Assembly: GCA_000091205.1 (NCBI GenBank)
Contig: AP006502.2
Strand: one strand, 5' to 3'
Source: Cyanidioschyzon merolae
Taxonomy: Eukaryota
DNA: 64,000 bases
Below are positions 1 to 13,937 of the stretch, piece by piece. The notes under the pieces were generated by a model. It made no database searches, was not told where the DNA came from, and was given only the letters and a program-made list of their open reading frames with translations. Position numbers and translations under genes: made by a program. How positions within the stretch are numbered: position 1 is the first letter of the stretch; the number at the start of each line of letters is the position of its first letter.

Positions 1-3000
1 GATAATCTTATATTTTTAAGCACCTGCGCTATATATGATGCTTTCGCTGAGTTGCCACTGCGACGCGTCAAGGTATTCTGAGAAGCACGTGAGCAGCTCC
101 TGGTCCAAAGATCAAGCCTGATTGCGTCTTCTGTCGACAGCACCAGTCGCACTGCAGCACGAAGGTGTGATCGAAAACGGTTCCGAATGAATGTGAATAG
201 CTAGTGGCTCTGAATCCGCAACTCGTACAAACAGTTACTCGATGAGTTGTGTCATAGCGATAGAACCGAAGCGAGCCCTGGACGAGTTAGTAGCTCCATG
301 ACCTATGATAACTTCCCGTATCTTACGATTTTTCTCAGATTCATTCTTTTGATGCGTTCTTGTTCGTAGACTTGGACAAGGCTTTGAACCGGTCTTGCTG
401 TACAGAGAGTTTTTCCATTCTTTTCGTCCCAGTCCCTTGTTCGGGAGAATCTGTCTCACCTTTCTCAGGTAGTTTCTTCTCCTACTGTTTTGCAAGGTGG
501 GGTGGTATGAATTTGGCCGCTGTACTCCAAATCTGAGTTATTCCTCGGGATTCGAACGCAAAGCGTAGATGATGGGCGCCATGCTAGCCGGTTGTATCGA
601 TGTATATCTCCACTTCTCGTCGAGCAATTGTTCATCGTCTTCCGTTTAGCGAGCACGCCGCTGACCGCACCGCACTATTCCGCTTCCTCCTGCGTACGAA
701 GAGAGAATCAACACAGACGGGAAGGGGAGGCGAAGCCAGAGAACGACATGTCGAGCAACGATTAGTCGACGAACTTCTGTGTCTTGTGTGCGAAAGACTC
801 GTCTATGGACCTGCGAGCTTCAAAATGGCATGTTAGGACAGAAAAGACGCTTTCGACTGGATTGGACCAAGTAGAGCAGGCCGGCAGGACAAGCGACTCA
901 ACGCCTATCCCAGCTGCGCAGGAATTTACCGCTCATGAGTAATGAAAACCTAACTTTGTGTAAATGCATAACAGAATATTGTCGTAAGCAGAAGCTGCGA
1001 ACTAACTCGATGAAGAAATCCGGTCGCTGTACGATCCTCTATTCTTGGTGACTTGTAGGAGGCCACAAGATCGAATCGCCGCTAGAGCGGATGTCATTGG
1101 AATGCGCACATGTCCCTTCTTAACGAAAACTGAAGAGACCCGCTTCGAGGTACCCATATTTAGGTCTGCGTCCTGTTCTGAATAAAGCGTTATCGACTGA
1201 GAGGATAAACTCGACGCTCCAGTGATAAGCGCTCGCGTTGCAATACGAAATCGACAATGTGTTCTTCAATTAGCGACCGCGCCCCCGAAGAGCGTACTTC
1301 TTCCCTTGTCCATCCGTATCTCTTCATAACAGTTCGTATCGAGGTTGCGAGGACTTCATATCCTGTGGCTTCTTGTGCATTGTTTCTTAGACGACGTATT
1401 GGGTGAAATGTATCGACAAGGCTCCAGTCGTAAAATTAGACTTGATCAATTCGTTTTTGGGTGCAGAATGTTCAGGATAAGGACTACGAGAAGCGTATGC
1501 GTCTACCTGCTGACCATGAAATCAATGATTCAAAGAAATTAGGCCCTTCTTCTCATTCACGGTGTGACATAGAAAGTCTTTCTGCGAAAATCTTCGATTC
1601 CTGGGGACGCATTTCTTTGTTGAGTGCATACGAGCAAAAAAAACAAATACAAAAAGGCTCTCCTGCTACAGGTGTACCAGAGTTGTCGATTCAGAGTATA
1701 AAAACACCTGCTGGAGCTTGTTCGTGCCCGATGCCTTTAAAAGGCGCCACCAGCTCGTGCAGTACGGATCATGCGGTTTTAACTTAGGTACTGTTTCAGA
1801 TGCTTCCATTCCGAGCATGGTCATCGCTCCGTTCATTCGGAAAGCATTCTTCATTGAGTGATGCAATGACAAGTGTGCACAAACAGCATCGATAGATTCC
1901 TGACAAGTGCCACAGCCGCGCACATCGATAGCTTTCATTGCGTCAAGGCCGATTGCGCTTTCGGTCACTGGAACGCGCCAAGCTGCAGACGCTTCCGGCA
2001 ATCAATATGAACCACCAATTCCAACGCATAAATAGCGTCGCTCGAGAAGTTTGCAAACGGAAACCCATGCTTTCGGGATGAAAGACGCTCACTGACTCAG
2101 GTTACTATGTCGCCGAAAAGCCCGGTTATCGGCAACAACCTATAGGTGCATCCATCGCGCATTGCAGCACATTTTATGCTGAACTCAGAGATCCCTATCC
2201 GCGAGCAACATGAACTGCATGCTTCATCCAAGGCAAAGCCGATGTCCTGCCTGCTGGTTGGTGACGACGAGCGGCTTTCCCGAATGATCCATTGCTGGGA
2301 AGAAGAATGCCGGAAGCTGGCCTTCGAAGGGAGTTTTGGCATCAGTTCCGTCGCTCTGTTGCACCATCTTCATGGGCACGTGCTTTGGATGCAGTTGTCG
2401 AGAGACTGTCTCGCATCCTCGCGAAAATTGGCAGCGATAATAAGAAAAGAACTTGTATCACCGCTGAAAGTTTTTCGTGCTGGTCCACAGATACTCTATC
2501 CAAGCGCTAAAATCAGGATGCACTACAGGTCAATGGTTACCGAGTTATCTGTGTAAAGAAGGCATGCTCTGAAAGACAATGTAGACTTAGATGGATCGAG
2601 CGTAAAGAAATATCTAGCAGGGCACCGAGTCTCAGGCGCGATGCTAGAAATGAGTTGCGTCGACGCCAGGCCCAAGCGGGCTCCCTGGGCAAAAGCCCCC
2701 AAAAACAGGAACGCACACGTGTATACTTGCGTATCTTTATGCATGGAAGTGCGTATCTATGAACATGCATAGGAATGCGCAGAGACGCTTTGAAATTTAG
2801 GATTCCGCGGTTTCAAGGCTCGCCATACTGCAACGTGCACGCTGCTAATCTTGGCATCGGCATACAATGAAACGATTTCCTGATTCCGAGCATATTTCTG
2901 GTAACGAACACAAGAGCCACCGCAGGAGCATGTTCATCGTCTATTCTTTCCAAAGCGTGGTGGAACGACAACGTTTTCGTAGAGCCAACGACGACTACGT

Positions 3001-3437
3001 TAAAGGTGCAGAGGCCAATCGTCGTTGTTCGCCAGGTGTTTTCGGACTCGCATGAGACGAACCTCTCTGCTATCGTCATATATTTATACGTATTCGAGGT
3101 CGCGTAATGAGGCACTGCGTAGCATGCTGAAAAGAACATCATGGACAGCGCGAAGAGGGACAGTTTCACAGCGGTTAAGGGCAGACGCTCATGGATATCG
3201 CTCAGAATCCAAGTCAATTTTTCTGGGTGGTATGCCATACTACCCAAACAAGATAGCGTTTCAGAGGAGGCGCCAGATCTATGGACTGTTTATGGTACTG
3301 TGCTGTACGCAAATCGACCCGGTCGCACTGCAAGTATCCTTGAAGCGCCAGCCGTGCTCTTGCTCCTTGTTCAGGACGTTCGCAGCGCTCCAGACGCCTC
3401 TCCGGATGCCGATGGACACTGCAGTTTCGGGCGCACG

Positions 3438-5480
3438 TCAGGGCTCGGGGCTGAGCTCCCGTTGGCGACGTTTCCGTTTCTCCCGGAGTCGTTCGCGATC
3501 ACGACGGCGGTCTTCAGCATCCACCGCAAGCCGCTCTTCCAGTAAGCGCGCGGCATACGCTGCGTGTTCTTCTTGCAACCACCCCGGCCGGAATGATTCT
3601 TGCACATTCTCCTTGTCATGGTTAGGAGCTAATGATGATTGGTGACGACGTGCGTTCTGCGCCTCATTATCCTCATCTCGCTGCTCGCAGAGATGTGCGT
3701 TTTCTCCACGTACGCTGAAGAATATTTCTTCTTCGGATTCAACCGCGGCATCCATAGCTGCAGAAGACGTCGCCGGTGCTCCTGCTTCCGCCAATTCGGA
3801 TCTCGAAGTGGCCTCCGCGGCACTAGTCGCTGCTCGTGTTTCAAGTCGTTCTTGTCGATATCCATACACGTCACGAGCGAGGCGCTCGTCCGACTGCTTA
3901 GAATCTGTCACTGCCAAAAGCAACTGCGATGGTGCAGCTGCAAGACCCCAGCTCAGCGCAAGCGCCTCGGCATCTATTTCCGTGACGTCGAAAACATCCT
4001 TGTCAGCCTGGATGGCAATGTGTCGGAGATAGGTTTCCAGGCCGCGCTGCACGATATACTTGAGATGGGCATCGGCAGCGACGATCGCAGACACCTTTTT
4101 CTGGACGTCGATGTAAGAATTTGCTCGGATCCGAACGCGTTGCAAACTCACTCCAGTACGCTTGTAGATTTTCTGAACCAATGTCTCCTCTTTGCCACGA
4201 GTCAGAAACAGAAGTGCGCGTCCGTCGCGTTGGTACCGAGCAGTGCGACCCACCCGATGCACGTAGCTGGCGACATCCTCCGGAGCATCCACTTGGAGCA
4301 CCCAGTCGAGGTCGACAAAGTCGAGGCCGCGTGCAGCCACATCCGTTGCGAGCATGCAGGCAGCTGGTGCTTCGGCAAATCGTTCATACATCTGCAAACG
4401 ACTTGAGAGCTTCATTTGACCATTCATGTAGAGTACGGGTAGCCCGGGCCGCATGCGACACAGAATTTGGTAACAGGCTCGCACCTGTTTGCAGGACGTG
4501 AGAAACACCAAAATTTTCTGCTTCAGATGCGAACGGAGGAAGGAATACAACAAGCTCAGCTTCATGAAAGCACCATCAAGCACCACATAGAGTTGTTCGA
4601 GACGCTTTGGCATATCGTAACCATCTACTTGCTCCTGATCACGAAGCGCAATGTACTCGGGGTCGTGCAACGAAAGTCGCGCCAAGCCCCGAACAGACCG
4701 AGTCTGGGTAGCGGAGAAGAGCACCGTCTGGCGGCCTTCTTCAGGTGTAGCAGGGTTGCGCCTCGAGGATTTGAGCTGCTGTATAATAGCATCGATAGTC
4801 TTTGCAAAGCCGAGGTCGAGGATCCGGTCTGCCTCGTCGAGGGCAAGGAAGCGCAATCGGTCCGTGGTGAAGTAGGGCGTCTCGTCGAGGTGCTGCAGAA
4901 GACGCCCCGGTGTTGCGATAAGGATGTTCATATACGGGAGGCGGTCACGCTCTTCGTCAGTGCTGCGACTCCCGCCGATCAGCAGACCAGCAGAAAATGT
5001 GTGAAATCTGCCAACATTCTGCAGGACTGCGAAAATCTGATATGCTAGCTCCCGAGTGGGCGTGAGGATAACGGCACCAAGACCGTCTAGTTGACTCTGA
5101 AAGCCGTCCAAGTAAAGTCTTTCAAGAAGCGGTACCAAAAAAGCGAGCGTCTTCCCAGAACCTGTTCTAGCGGCGCCGAGCAAGTCCCGACCCGCCAGAG
5201 CATACGGGATCGCTGCCCGTTGAATGGGAGTCATTTTTGTGTAACCGCTTACTTTTAGACCTTGAAGGGTTCTTCTGGAGAGTGGAAGCTCGCTAAAGTC
5301 TCGGGAACTCGACAGAAATCGCAGCCGATCTGTTGGACTCGCTGCGGAGTTCTCACCGAGTACCTCTCGGAGCTGCGCTCGTCTCTGCTGAAGCTCCGCC
5401 AGTTCTGCAATCGCATCTAGTCTGCGAGACTTTCGCTTCGATATTTTTGGCGGCGCACTTTGCTTCTGTTTCAGACCCAT
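3438..5480 (-). CDS. DEAD-box ATP-dependent RNA helicase, DDX10/Dbp4-like. The ORF in the track runs to 5588 but begins at a TTG. The first ATG in frame is at ~5480, giving MGLKQKQ...
   Basis: The translation carries the full helicase motif set: Q-motif TPIQ, motif I AARTGSGKTLAF, PTRELA, DEADRILD, SAT, ARGLDF, HRVGRTAR. The C-terminal DLDWVLQVDAPED..YVHRVGRTAR block matches the DDX10/Dbp4 subfamily. The C-terminus is a basic low-complexity tail. Confidence 0.85.
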   Translation of the reverse strand: MGLKQKQSAPPKISKRKSRRLDAIAELAELQQRRAQLREVLGENSAASPTDRLRFLSSSRDFSELPLSRRTLQGLKVSGYTKMTPIQRAAIPYALAGRDLLGAARTGSGKTLAFLVPLLERLYLDGFQSQLDGLGAVILTPTRELAYQIFAVLQNVGRFHTFSAGLLIGGSRSTDEERDRLPYMNILIATPGRLLQHLDETPYFTTDRLRFLALDEADRILDLGFAKTIDAIIQQLKSSRRNPATPEEGRQTVLFSATQTRSVRGLARLSLHDPEYIALRDQEQVDGYDMPKRLEQLYVVLDGAFMKLSLLYSFLRSHLKQKILVFLTSCKQVRACYQILCRMRPGLPVLYMNGQMKLSSRLQMYERFAEAPAACMLATDVAARGLDFVDLDWVLQVDAPEDVASYVHRVGRTARYQRDGRALLFLTRGKEETLVQKIYKRTGVSLQRVRIRANSYIDVQKKVSAIVAADAHLKYIVQRGLETYLRHIAIQADKDVFDVTEIDAEALALSWGLAAAPSQLLLAVTDSKQSDERLARDVYGYRQERLETRAATSAAEATSRSELAEAGAPATSSAAMDAAVESEEEIFFSVRGENAHLCEQRDEDNEAQNARRHQSSLAPNHDKENVQESFRPGWLQEEHAAYAARLLEERLAVDAEDRRRDRERLREKRKRRQRELSPEP

Positions 5481-8400
5481 TTTCTTCAACAAAGCGTGTT
5501 TATCGTTGCGAACAATAACGTCGACGAAAACGTACCGAGGGTGGAACGACGAGAAGCACCGGTGCACAGCGGAGGCCGTTGCAATCAATGATTCCGTCGT
5601 CGCCTTCTTCCCGTGCAGTACAGGCTCGCAGGGAAGCAGGTTCAGCCGGCCGTTTCAGCGTGTTCGGAGACAGTCTCTACGTAGAAATTGTGTATTGTAA
5701 GGAGTGCTACTCCAGGACGACGTTTGCAGAGGTTTCGATCGCTGGCGGAGCTCCAAGCCTAGCACGGGAAAGGCCTGTAGATGTTTCAGATAAACCTCCG
5801 AGGCAGCGTGGCTGCCGCCTAGAGCCTCGGATCGGAACGGGGAGGCTTTCGGGGGAACGGTTTGAAAGTGTTTGCGATGTTACACAGCTGATTTTCATAA
5901 GGCGGAAGTTGGATGCGGAGTCAGCACCTGACTCCGCAGCCAACTTCGGGAAGAGCAGGTGCCCGGACTCGGAACCTCGCAGGAGCCGCCTACCGCGCAT
6001 GGATTTGGCACGGCACGCTGTGAGCATCGTCGCAGCAGTGAACGGAGCTGGCAAACTAAGGTGCTTGATGAAGATGTTGGGCGCGCTGCCTTTACTCCAG
6101 TGACGAATTCGTCTGCAAGCCCTGGCGAGCACCCCGCGGTACCTCGACAGCGTCAGAGGCCGTTGACTACGCCAAGCAGTATGCGCTGGTGACTCCATCC
6201 AGAAAATGTCGACCGCTGGCGAAACAGCGAAACATGCATGCTGTTCATGTAGTGTGAGCAACCTTTCCAAAGACCCATAGCCAATATTCGACTGCGATAG
6301 CGCTCGCGATCTCCGCTGGGATTTAGACACCTCAAGGCTTTAGGTGTTGGATATGCCTACCTGCTTGCCTGCATGATCCAAGGTGGAAACACGTTACTGT
6401 GGGTGCTTGGCAAAGCGTCGCGCAGGACTGCTCTCTATATCTTTGTACATTGCATCAATGCGTATAGCCATCCGCACAAGGAACGACGGCGTTGCCGCGT
6501 TCCAGACGCAAGCCCTATGCCTTCTACTTCATTATCAGGAGTGCTCCCGCAAGTTTGTGGCGATAGTACAAGTATGCTGGTTGCATGCACGTGCACATGG
6601 AAGGTGCTCTGTCCATTCAGCTTGGGGACGCTCCCATGCATAAAACAAAGCGTAGAGAGGCAACATGGTTGTGCGTGATCGAGGGGTACAGAGCGGTCCT
6701 GGAGAATGCAAGCGAAATGAACTTTCTCACTCCTTGTTTGGATTCGTAACACTCGGTTTCCCTGCAAGTAGTGAATTCTCGGCCTAGCGCTATCGGATTT
6801 CAGCGCCACAATGACCATCTTTGGTGCATGTCCTGAATATACACCTGATGCAAGGATCGTAGCACCCTATGTTTGCGCAGTAGCTGACCATGCCTGAGCG
6901 CAACGAACGATACGTCGTCTTGAAGAGGGCCTTGTGGCGCAATACGCAAATAGACGATGTTTACTTCTAATTGAGCGTGCCTGACCCCTGATATCGGCAA
7001 TCATTATGCACGGGTCAGGCACTGATCGAGGAGCGCTCGCGAGAGACAGATACAGGCAGGGCAACAGGATTTCATGACCATTGCTGCAAGCCAATTCACT
7101 CTATCGGAAACAGTGAATCAGAGTGAGTACGAATGTTCCGGCACACAGAACGCGTTTTCAAGCATGCTTCCGGCTGGTGGAGCTCGGCTTGGATTGGCTG
7201 TTGCCGAAATAATGCTTAATATTGCGTTTCAGATTAAAACGGAATACTGAACGTCTCGCTCTCTTCCTGCCATTCGAATTGTCCGAAGATTTTCACGTAC
7301 GGGCCCGAGGTTGGAGATGCAGCTATCAGGGTTTCCGGATTCATGCGTAGTTTAAGGTTATGGGTCGAGTTTCCGAAGTTGCTGCTTCTACGTTCTGCCG
7401 CCGGAATTCCTTTTGTCACTGTCATCAAGGTGATTGGCGACTCCCTCGACCAAGCTTTCATACAATAACCGATATCGTTATCCAATGCATACGTAATAGC
7501 CTCCATTCTTCTCTTTTCCTTACAAGTAGCATGGTCAGGTAAAGCATTCTCTAAGTTTTCGATCTTTCTCTTTCAAGGCAACGCGTGAGTGCACTTATTT
7601 GCACCGCTTGGTTGACAACTGAAATACTCAACTACATTAGTTGAGGACTGTTCATAAGCTCATGCGGAAAGGTTGCTGAATTTGTCACGTCAAACAATCG
7701 ATTCCATTCGAAATAGAACGCTTCCCTTATTCGTGTTCGTTGACGAATCAGGATACGATAGCAGCATCATGCCTCTAAGAATATACGCTCCGAGAGACAT
7801 CGATCTTTTCTCTTCGCATGCACTGAGGTCTTGGAGCCAGACCCTAATCCTCGCAGCGATCGCTCGTGCTAAAGAGCGCATTATCGTTTTGATGAACGAG
7901 AGCAGAAACGGATCGACTTTCCTCCAGCCTGGATTTTCCTTCCGATTTTCTTTTCATCATAATCAACATCGTGTTCCACAAACGATCTACCGAATAGCAG
8001 CACGTGCGCTTGCACGTTAAACAGACATACTAGTCGCCGAGTGGATCACCCAGAACAAGCCTGTGTCCGTAAGATACGTCACTAGGTGCGAAATCGGAGG
8101 AAGGTTCGCCCAGGCGAGCCCTGTCTACACGTCATGGGCACTACCGAGCAATGAGGCAAGCCGTAACGCACCACGGGGTTGAACTCGTTGAACGATGTGT
8201 GGTGGAGATATGGAAACGCCTAGCCACAGTCAAGTGTGAATCCTGCGAAGGTCGCATTCATGTTGCGTATCCAGAGGGCGAGCATTGCGAACGAAGCGCA
8301 GATCACAACTACCATCCGTGCACGAATTTCTTTGACAACGCCTGGAATCAGCAAATTCAGGACTTGAACACTGCAATCAGCACCCTTCGACTGCTGACAA

Positions 8401-9575
8401 CCAAGCCGGAGCGACAGGACAGACTAGCGTATTCAACGCCCCAGATAATAGACGCGAACGTGAAACCCCCACAGAAATAGCCTGCGAGGGCTGGTGTTGA
8501 TGACAGCAGACATAGAACCGCTGTTGAAAGTGGGCAACCAAGTTGGAGGACCTATCCCATTTCGGTCTGAAACGTGGTTTCAGAATGCGCCCTGTTCACT
8601 GTCGACAGTGTTCCGATGCGATGCGGATTTGTGACGTGTGAGATGCACATCAACGGCTATCAATATATAGTTACTGTGAGGATCTGAGCCTGCGTATACG
8701 ACAACGCTGATCTTCGCCCTGGAAACCGGCAACTTGTAGCGCTCACACTCCCTGCTCGTCGGATACCGCCCAAGTGTGTGCCTCCGCTCTCATCGTAAAC
8801 GCAATTCAGAGTAACCGGTTCTTCTGCGCGCATGCGATCATGACAATCACCAGCGCGCTGATGCGCAAGAGGCATGCTCAGTGAAACCCTGAAAAAACCC
8901 TTTACGCCAGAAAAATCATAGACGACAGGTTCCCCGTTTTTCTACCGATTTGTAGCCATGCCGCTTCCTCTAGCTCCGACGACGATTGAAACAAGGGCAT
9001 GAGAGGTGGTATCGCCATGCCCGAGCGCTTGGAAACCTTCGGTGGAGGCCGCGAACTCTGGACTTGGGTCGATGGTACTTTCTTGAGAGATGTCCATTTC
9101 ATTCATTATAGATCTAAATTGTCCAAAGTGATGCTCGCGTCGATGCCCGGCAGGCTTCGCTGTGCGAGTCGAAGGATGGCGATTTGAATTTCGTTGCTTG
9201 GGTCAGCGCGGTGCTCCAGAGGCGCTCAACCGGGCCTCTTCCGCAGCACCTGAGCATATCCCGGTCAACCAAACGAGGGAACTGCTTGAAACGTTACTTA
9301 AAGCTAGTGCTCGTATCGGAACGTTCCTCCTTGTTGAAGTGAACGGGAGGACGGTGTTTGCCCGGGTTCTAACTTTGGTCTGGGAAGAGCCGAAAGCGTC
9401 TTGTTTACGGTGCGATCAGTTTTCAGCCAACCGGCAAGTTGCAGCTGGGACGGGAACTCTCGAGACTTGTAGATCACTTGGAAAAGAGCGCTGTTCGCTG
9501 ATTAAAGGACAGCAGCAAAGAGAGGTCCCGAGGGTTTTGTGTTGAGATTTGTCGAGCGCTTGAGCAGACAACTGG

Positions 9576-12500
9576 ATGCCTCCAGTTGACACCGTTGCGA
9601 ACGAAGCAGCGGATGCATCCGCGGCTGCGAGTTCCGAACTTCTGTCTGTCGTCTCGGCTACGAATGCACAAAAAGCATCTTCTCATGACGAAAGCACTCA
9701 AGTTTCGACCATTTCCTCGCAACTGGCGGTAGACGACGGAGCTGAAGCCGCAGCCAAAGTGGCACTCACATCCGAGCAACCGGTATCGGCAGCAGAGCCG
9801 TCCGCTCGACCTGGTCTCGACGGCTGCATTGAGAAACCTCGTGGAGAACTGGCTGGGCCCAATGATTGCACTTGTACTGCAAACCCCGGGACCGAAAGTC
9901 AGCCAGGCAGAGATGTTGTTCGTAGCCCAGCCGAATGGCCCGCGAGCGATGATGCCCTCCTCCGTGAAAAGATACAGCAATGCCCCAGGATGGACTGGAA
10001 CCAAGTCGCTCTTGCTTTCCAAGGCAAATATACTGCATCCGAGTGTTCTCAGAGATGGCGACAGCTTGCTGGGCGGCGTCATCTAAAAGGGGCCTGGTCG
10101 CCCGAAGAGGATGCGCGAATCATCGATCTTGTCCAGAAGCTCGGCGAAAAGAGCTGGAGTCGCTTGGCCACCTTTCTCGAGGGGCGTACGGGTAAACAAT
10201 GCCGAGAGCGCTGGTTCCACCATTTGGCCCCAGGCGTGAACAAAGCGCCATGGACAGAAGAAGAGGAGCGCATTCTTCGTGAGAAACACGCTGAATTTGG
10301 CAATCGGTGGGCGATGATTGCCCGTTTTCTTCCAGGTCGATCAGACAACACAATCAAGAATCACTGGAACGGGACAATGAGACGTGAAAGAAGCCGTCAA
10401 GAACGACTGAAGCGGCGCGAAGAGATGGAGAGGCGCAAACGGGAGAAGGAGCAAGAGCGTCAACGGGCGAAAATGGAGAGAGAAGCGAAAAAACGTGCTG
10501 AAACGGAAGCGAAAGCCCGGGCTTCGTCCGAGCAGCCCACTGGAAAGCGTGCGCGAGTTCATGCTGAAAATTCTCAGTTACACACCGCAGCTTCCAAAGA
10601 GCGCAAGCAGGTTGCTTCGGCCAGCGCCCTTCGAGATCTTAGTAACTTGCCGGAACCTGCGAGAAATGTGCATGTTGACACGCACCCGTTTCAAGCTGAA
10701 ATGTTCACACCAAAGGCGGCGCGTGCTGCCCCCTGCGCGGAGACCGATGCGGATTGGTTGACCTATTCAACACCCTTTGCGGCATATCAGGGAGGACCCT
10801 CCATCTCTTGCGCTCTTCCGAACACAGCGGCAGCTCCAGAACAATATAGCCGCGTTCTACATTCCGAAAGACGCGCCGGTCCATCGCTTGCAGGTGCGGC
10901 TTCAGCTGGGACGATGATGTCTATGCCATGCAGTTCGGCGAGCAACACAGGTATGGTGCATCCACACGGTCCCGCTTCGTGCTGGACTCCGGTTGCCTTT
11001 CCTGGAAACTTGACGCCAGACGCCCTTTTGAATGAGAGCTGGGCAACGAGCGCGAATCTTACCGCATACGGTATCCTGGATACGAGCTCGGGGCCCTTCA
11101 TGGCATCGCCGGTCGCCATGACTCCGAGCAGCATGGCCGCATTCTCAGCAGTCGCAGGTACGCATCTTGGGATATTTACACCAAATCCCTCACGCGCGAT
11201 GGGATTTGCAATCGCCCCAGGCTCCAGTGCTCCGCAAGAGAAGCCACCATCGACGCCTCTTCGTGTTGTTGCTGGATCGTTTACGCCCATGACGCGTTAC
11301 ATGGATGTAAGCGCCGGCTGCTCATCGGAGCAAAGAGAGCGCGAAGCTGCCCAGACTTGCGGGCCCATGGTATCCCAAAACACGGCACATGGAGACCTCA
11401 GACAGGCCGGTCCATCCAGTGCTGGTGATCGGAGCATAATTTCAGCGGAATTCGTTTCGAAAACGTCGGATGATGCCATGAGGCCTGTCACTGGTCCAGA
11501 AGCGCGTGTTCGCGAGATGCCCGTCCATGCTGGTCGTTCAGATGAGAGGCAAACTCCGATCCGTATGCCGCACTTTGGCGCAATGGTAGGCGGCCGAATG
11601 TCGACGCCACACCCGTCCTCCTTGGGTCAAGCGCTGGATGCCTCGGAGGGCTTCGAGAGCCATGCCCAAGCGCCAGCGTTGAGTTCTGGCACCCACTCGA
11701 CCATGCTGCATGCTGGCCCGGCTGTGAGCGGGCGGCAGCCGATACCACCACCTGCCCCATCTGGCAAGCCCTGGTTCTCGCCTATGTATGGAACGCGGCC
11801 ACTGAGTTCCCCGCAGCATCCCGGTAGCCACAGTCACGCCACTACAGATGCATCACGGCGATTCCGGGGGTCTACGTATCATGTTTCCTTTACCACGAAC
11901 AATACTGGAGCTACGAGCGCCTCGACGATCGGTGGAACCTTCACGGGTACTGCTGCAAGCCGCCATCGATCCTTGCTCAACTGGGGGCACGCCAGAGACT
12001 TTCCTGAAGCGCGGCAAGCAGTGGCCTGCAGCCCCTCCGCACTTTTAGTGAACACACCCGCAGATGGCCAAGCACGGGTCGGAATCGATTCTTCGGCATA
12101 CCGGGCGAGGTATCTGGCCCGCGTTGCTGAGCATGGCCTTTCAGCGGAGCGGACGCAGCAACCAGGTTCGATAACCTGTGCTACCGACCAGGACGAGCTG
12201 AGCAGCTCGTGGGCTCATCTCCCGTGTACGCCACTGCCCGCGACACCGCTGCACAGCCTGCTCCTCTCCGAGAAGGCCTTCGAACATATCATGCCAAGCG
12301 ATAGCGGGAATGACTTTCTTGGTCCCGCACGGCTGATGGTGAGCAGTAGCCCCGCTGAACATAGGCAACCGTCACCGGTGGCGCATTCGAGACCGGGAAC
12401 GCCCGTCCAGAGCCTTCGTGAAAGGTTCCTTCAGCTGCCGTCAGAGCCGCCGACTTCTCCCGGAGAGATATCCGCTTTGCGAGCTCCGGACTGGGCACCA

Positions 12501-12743
12501 GGCGCCTCTAGTCCGCGCGCTTCTCCACATGGTGCCTCAACAACGAGCCTACCCAAAGATAGCGACGAGTGGCCCGTCGTAACGCCGCACACTGGTGGAC
12601 GCGACGGCGAACCAAAGTCACCGCGGCACTGGCTCCGTTCGAAGCCATGTACAAAAGTCGGTCCCTGGCAGCACCAGGTGGATGCAAGTCTCATGACCGA
12701 TACACCGCTTCGAGAGTCCGCAGATCGCTCCGAATATCGCTAG
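9576..12743 (+). CDS. Myb-family DNA-binding protein with three tandem Myb/SANT repeats (3R, c-Myb-like) and a long Ser/Ala/Pro-rich C-terminal region
   Basis: ATG at 9576. Three repeats carry the regularly spaced Trp residues: R1 [17 protein letters not shown]2 [28 protein letters not shown]3 [23 protein letters not shown]. The remaining ~800 aa are low complexity. A 1055 aa continuous ORF in GC-rich DNA. Confidence 0.8.
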   Translation: MPPVDTVANEAADASAAASSELLSVVSATNAQKASSHDESTQVSTISSQLAVDDGAEAAAKVALTSEQPVSAAEPSARPGLDGCIEKPRGELAGPNDCTCTANPGTESQPGRDVVRSPAEWPASDDALLREKIQQCPRMDWNQVALAFQGKYTASECSQRWRQLAGRRHLKGAWSPEEDARIIDLVQKLGEKSWSRLATFLEGRTGKQCRERWFHHLAPGVNKAPWTEEEERILREKHAEFGNRWAMIARFLPGRSDNTIKNHWNGTMRRERSRQERLKRREEMERRKREKEQERQRAKMEREAKKRAETEAKARASSEQPTGKRARVHAENSQLHTAASKERKQVASASALRDLSNLPEPARNVHVDTHPFQAEMFTPKAARAAPCAETDADWLTYSTPFAAYQGGPSISCALPNTAAAPEQYSRVLHSERRAGPSLAGAASAGTMMSMPCSSASNTGMVHPHGPASCWTPVAFPGNLTPDALLNESWATSANLTAYGILDTSSGPFMASPVAMTPSSMAAFSAVAGTHLGIFTPNPSRAMGFAIAPGSSAPQEKPPSTPLRVVAGSFTPMTRYMDVSAGCSSEQREREAAQTCGPMVSQNTAHGDLRQAGPSSAGDRSIISAEFVSKTSDDAMRPVTGPEARVREMPVHAGRSDERQTPIRMPHFGAMVGGRMSTPHPSSLGQALDASEGFESHAQAPALSSGTHSTMLHAGPAVSGRQPIPPPAPSGKPWFSPMYGTRPLSSPQHPGSHSHATTDASRRFRGSTYHVSFTTNNTGATSASTIGGTFTGTAASRHRSLLNWGHARDFPEARQAVACSPSALLVNTPADGQARVGIDSSAYRARYLARVAEHGLSAERTQQPGSITCATDQDELSSSWAHLPCTPLPATPLHSLLLSEKAFEHIMPSDSGNDFLGPARLMVSSSPAEHRQPSPVAHSRPGTPVQSLRERFLQLPSEPPTSPGEISALRAPDWAPGASSPRASPHGASTTSLPKDSDEWPVVTPHTGGRDGEPKSPRHWLRSKPCTKVGPWQHQVDASLMTDTPLRESADRSEYR

Positions 12744-13107
12744 AAACGCGACGCTCGTCGCACCCGATGCCAGTACCTGCACCATAAACACCCGAAACTA
12801 CAGCATACTTCCGAGCATGTCGACTCGTGTTCGCATTACGCAAACGCAGTCTACGCTGGCATGATCCGCACACCGAGACGCCTCCGCAACGCTCTCCCGT
12901 ACGTCGATATCCGTCATGCAACTGGATATCCCTGATCAGGGCGAGCGAATTGTTCGGGGAAACAGTCAGGAACGCCACCAGCGTCGTAAAGCTATGGCGC
13001 CCGCAGCATGCGCGATAAACACCACGGCGATATCGCGCAAGGATGTTCACGCGGTGCACACACATACACCTGCGAACACTCGCTTGCTGCCTATACGATG
13101 AGCGTAA

Positions 13108-13136
13108 CTGCTGCTGCTGTTGCTGCTGCTGCTGCA
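13108..13136. repeat. (CTG)n trinucleotide microsatellite, intergenic
   Basis: The run ctgctgctgctgttgctgctgctgctgc is read directly from the sequence. It produces a spurious polyQ ORF on the minus strand. Confidence 0.8.
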
Positions 13137-13937
13137 AGGACGTTACGGAAAGCAAACAGCCTGAACTGTTGAGGAACATTCCGAAATTTTACCCAAAAGC
13201 GCTGACCATCGCGTTGGACCTGGTGTCCGTATTCATCGGACTGTGCCACACATGCTCTTCTGGGTTCGAGCGAAAAGCGATTGGAAAGCGCGCGTATTGT
13301 TCCAGACGAGACGCGTGGTGCTGTCGTGCAGTCACAATACGATCGATTAGCGTCGATGGGTGAATGCATGAATTGATAGATGGATGGGCGAGCGGCGTCG
13401 TGCGAGACCTTCCGAGATCCCCGTGGTATGGAGACACCAGTACTCGCCGACTCGGTCGTCGTTCGCGGCTAGCGTCGTTCTTTCCTGGTCAGGAACCACA
13501 ATAGCACAAATACGCATCATGAAACGCCTCGTATGGCGATCGTCGAACGTGAACGCACGGACTAGCGACCAGACAACCGGGATTCGGTCTTCACGAAACA
13601 TTGGCGACTTGTTTTTTTTTCAAAATTATACAGAGGTACGTGGAAAAATAGGCGTTCGCATCCACGCAGCGCACTGAAGCCGAAATTCGACACCCGGTTT
13701 CACCGAGCTTGGTGCTGCCGCTAGTACCGCAATCCTCCCTTTGCAGCAATCAAAGAAAGCGCGTACTTCCGATCCGGATCAGTGTACGCTCGGATGCGCA
13801 TTCAGTTCCGCCGAGGTCGTTTCGGTGCGCGTTTGCATATCGAGAACGCCGCGTACGCTTTAGTGCACGATGTGCGAGACGCTGAATCCGCCCCTGGTTC
13901 AGGATCGACAATCCACGGCAGGCAGCGTCATTACCAG

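Noticed and set aside
500-600. tRNA-like T-loop motif (gggattcgaac) near 545-560 suggesting a minus-strand tRNA
   Set aside because: I could not fold a T-stem, an acceptor stem or an anticodon arm around it. It is an isolated 11-mer resemblance only. No tRNA is called in this window.
1-3400. Short ORFs in the first 3.4 kb (1461..1787, 1666..2001, 2146..2556, 2813..3247, 3025..3645) as candidate genes
   Set aside because: None reaches 210 aa and none shows a recognisable motif. They overlap one another on both strands. No feature is called; the region may hold a gene with introns, or a non-coding RNA that I cannot resolve by eye.
3639-4406. 255-aa plus-strand ORF and several others (3808..4032, 4121..4501, 4467..5048) inside the helicase locus
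   Set aside because: They lie antisense to a strongly supported DEAD-box CDS. They have Arg/Cys/Ser-rich composition typical of GC-rich antisense frames. They are shadow ORFs.
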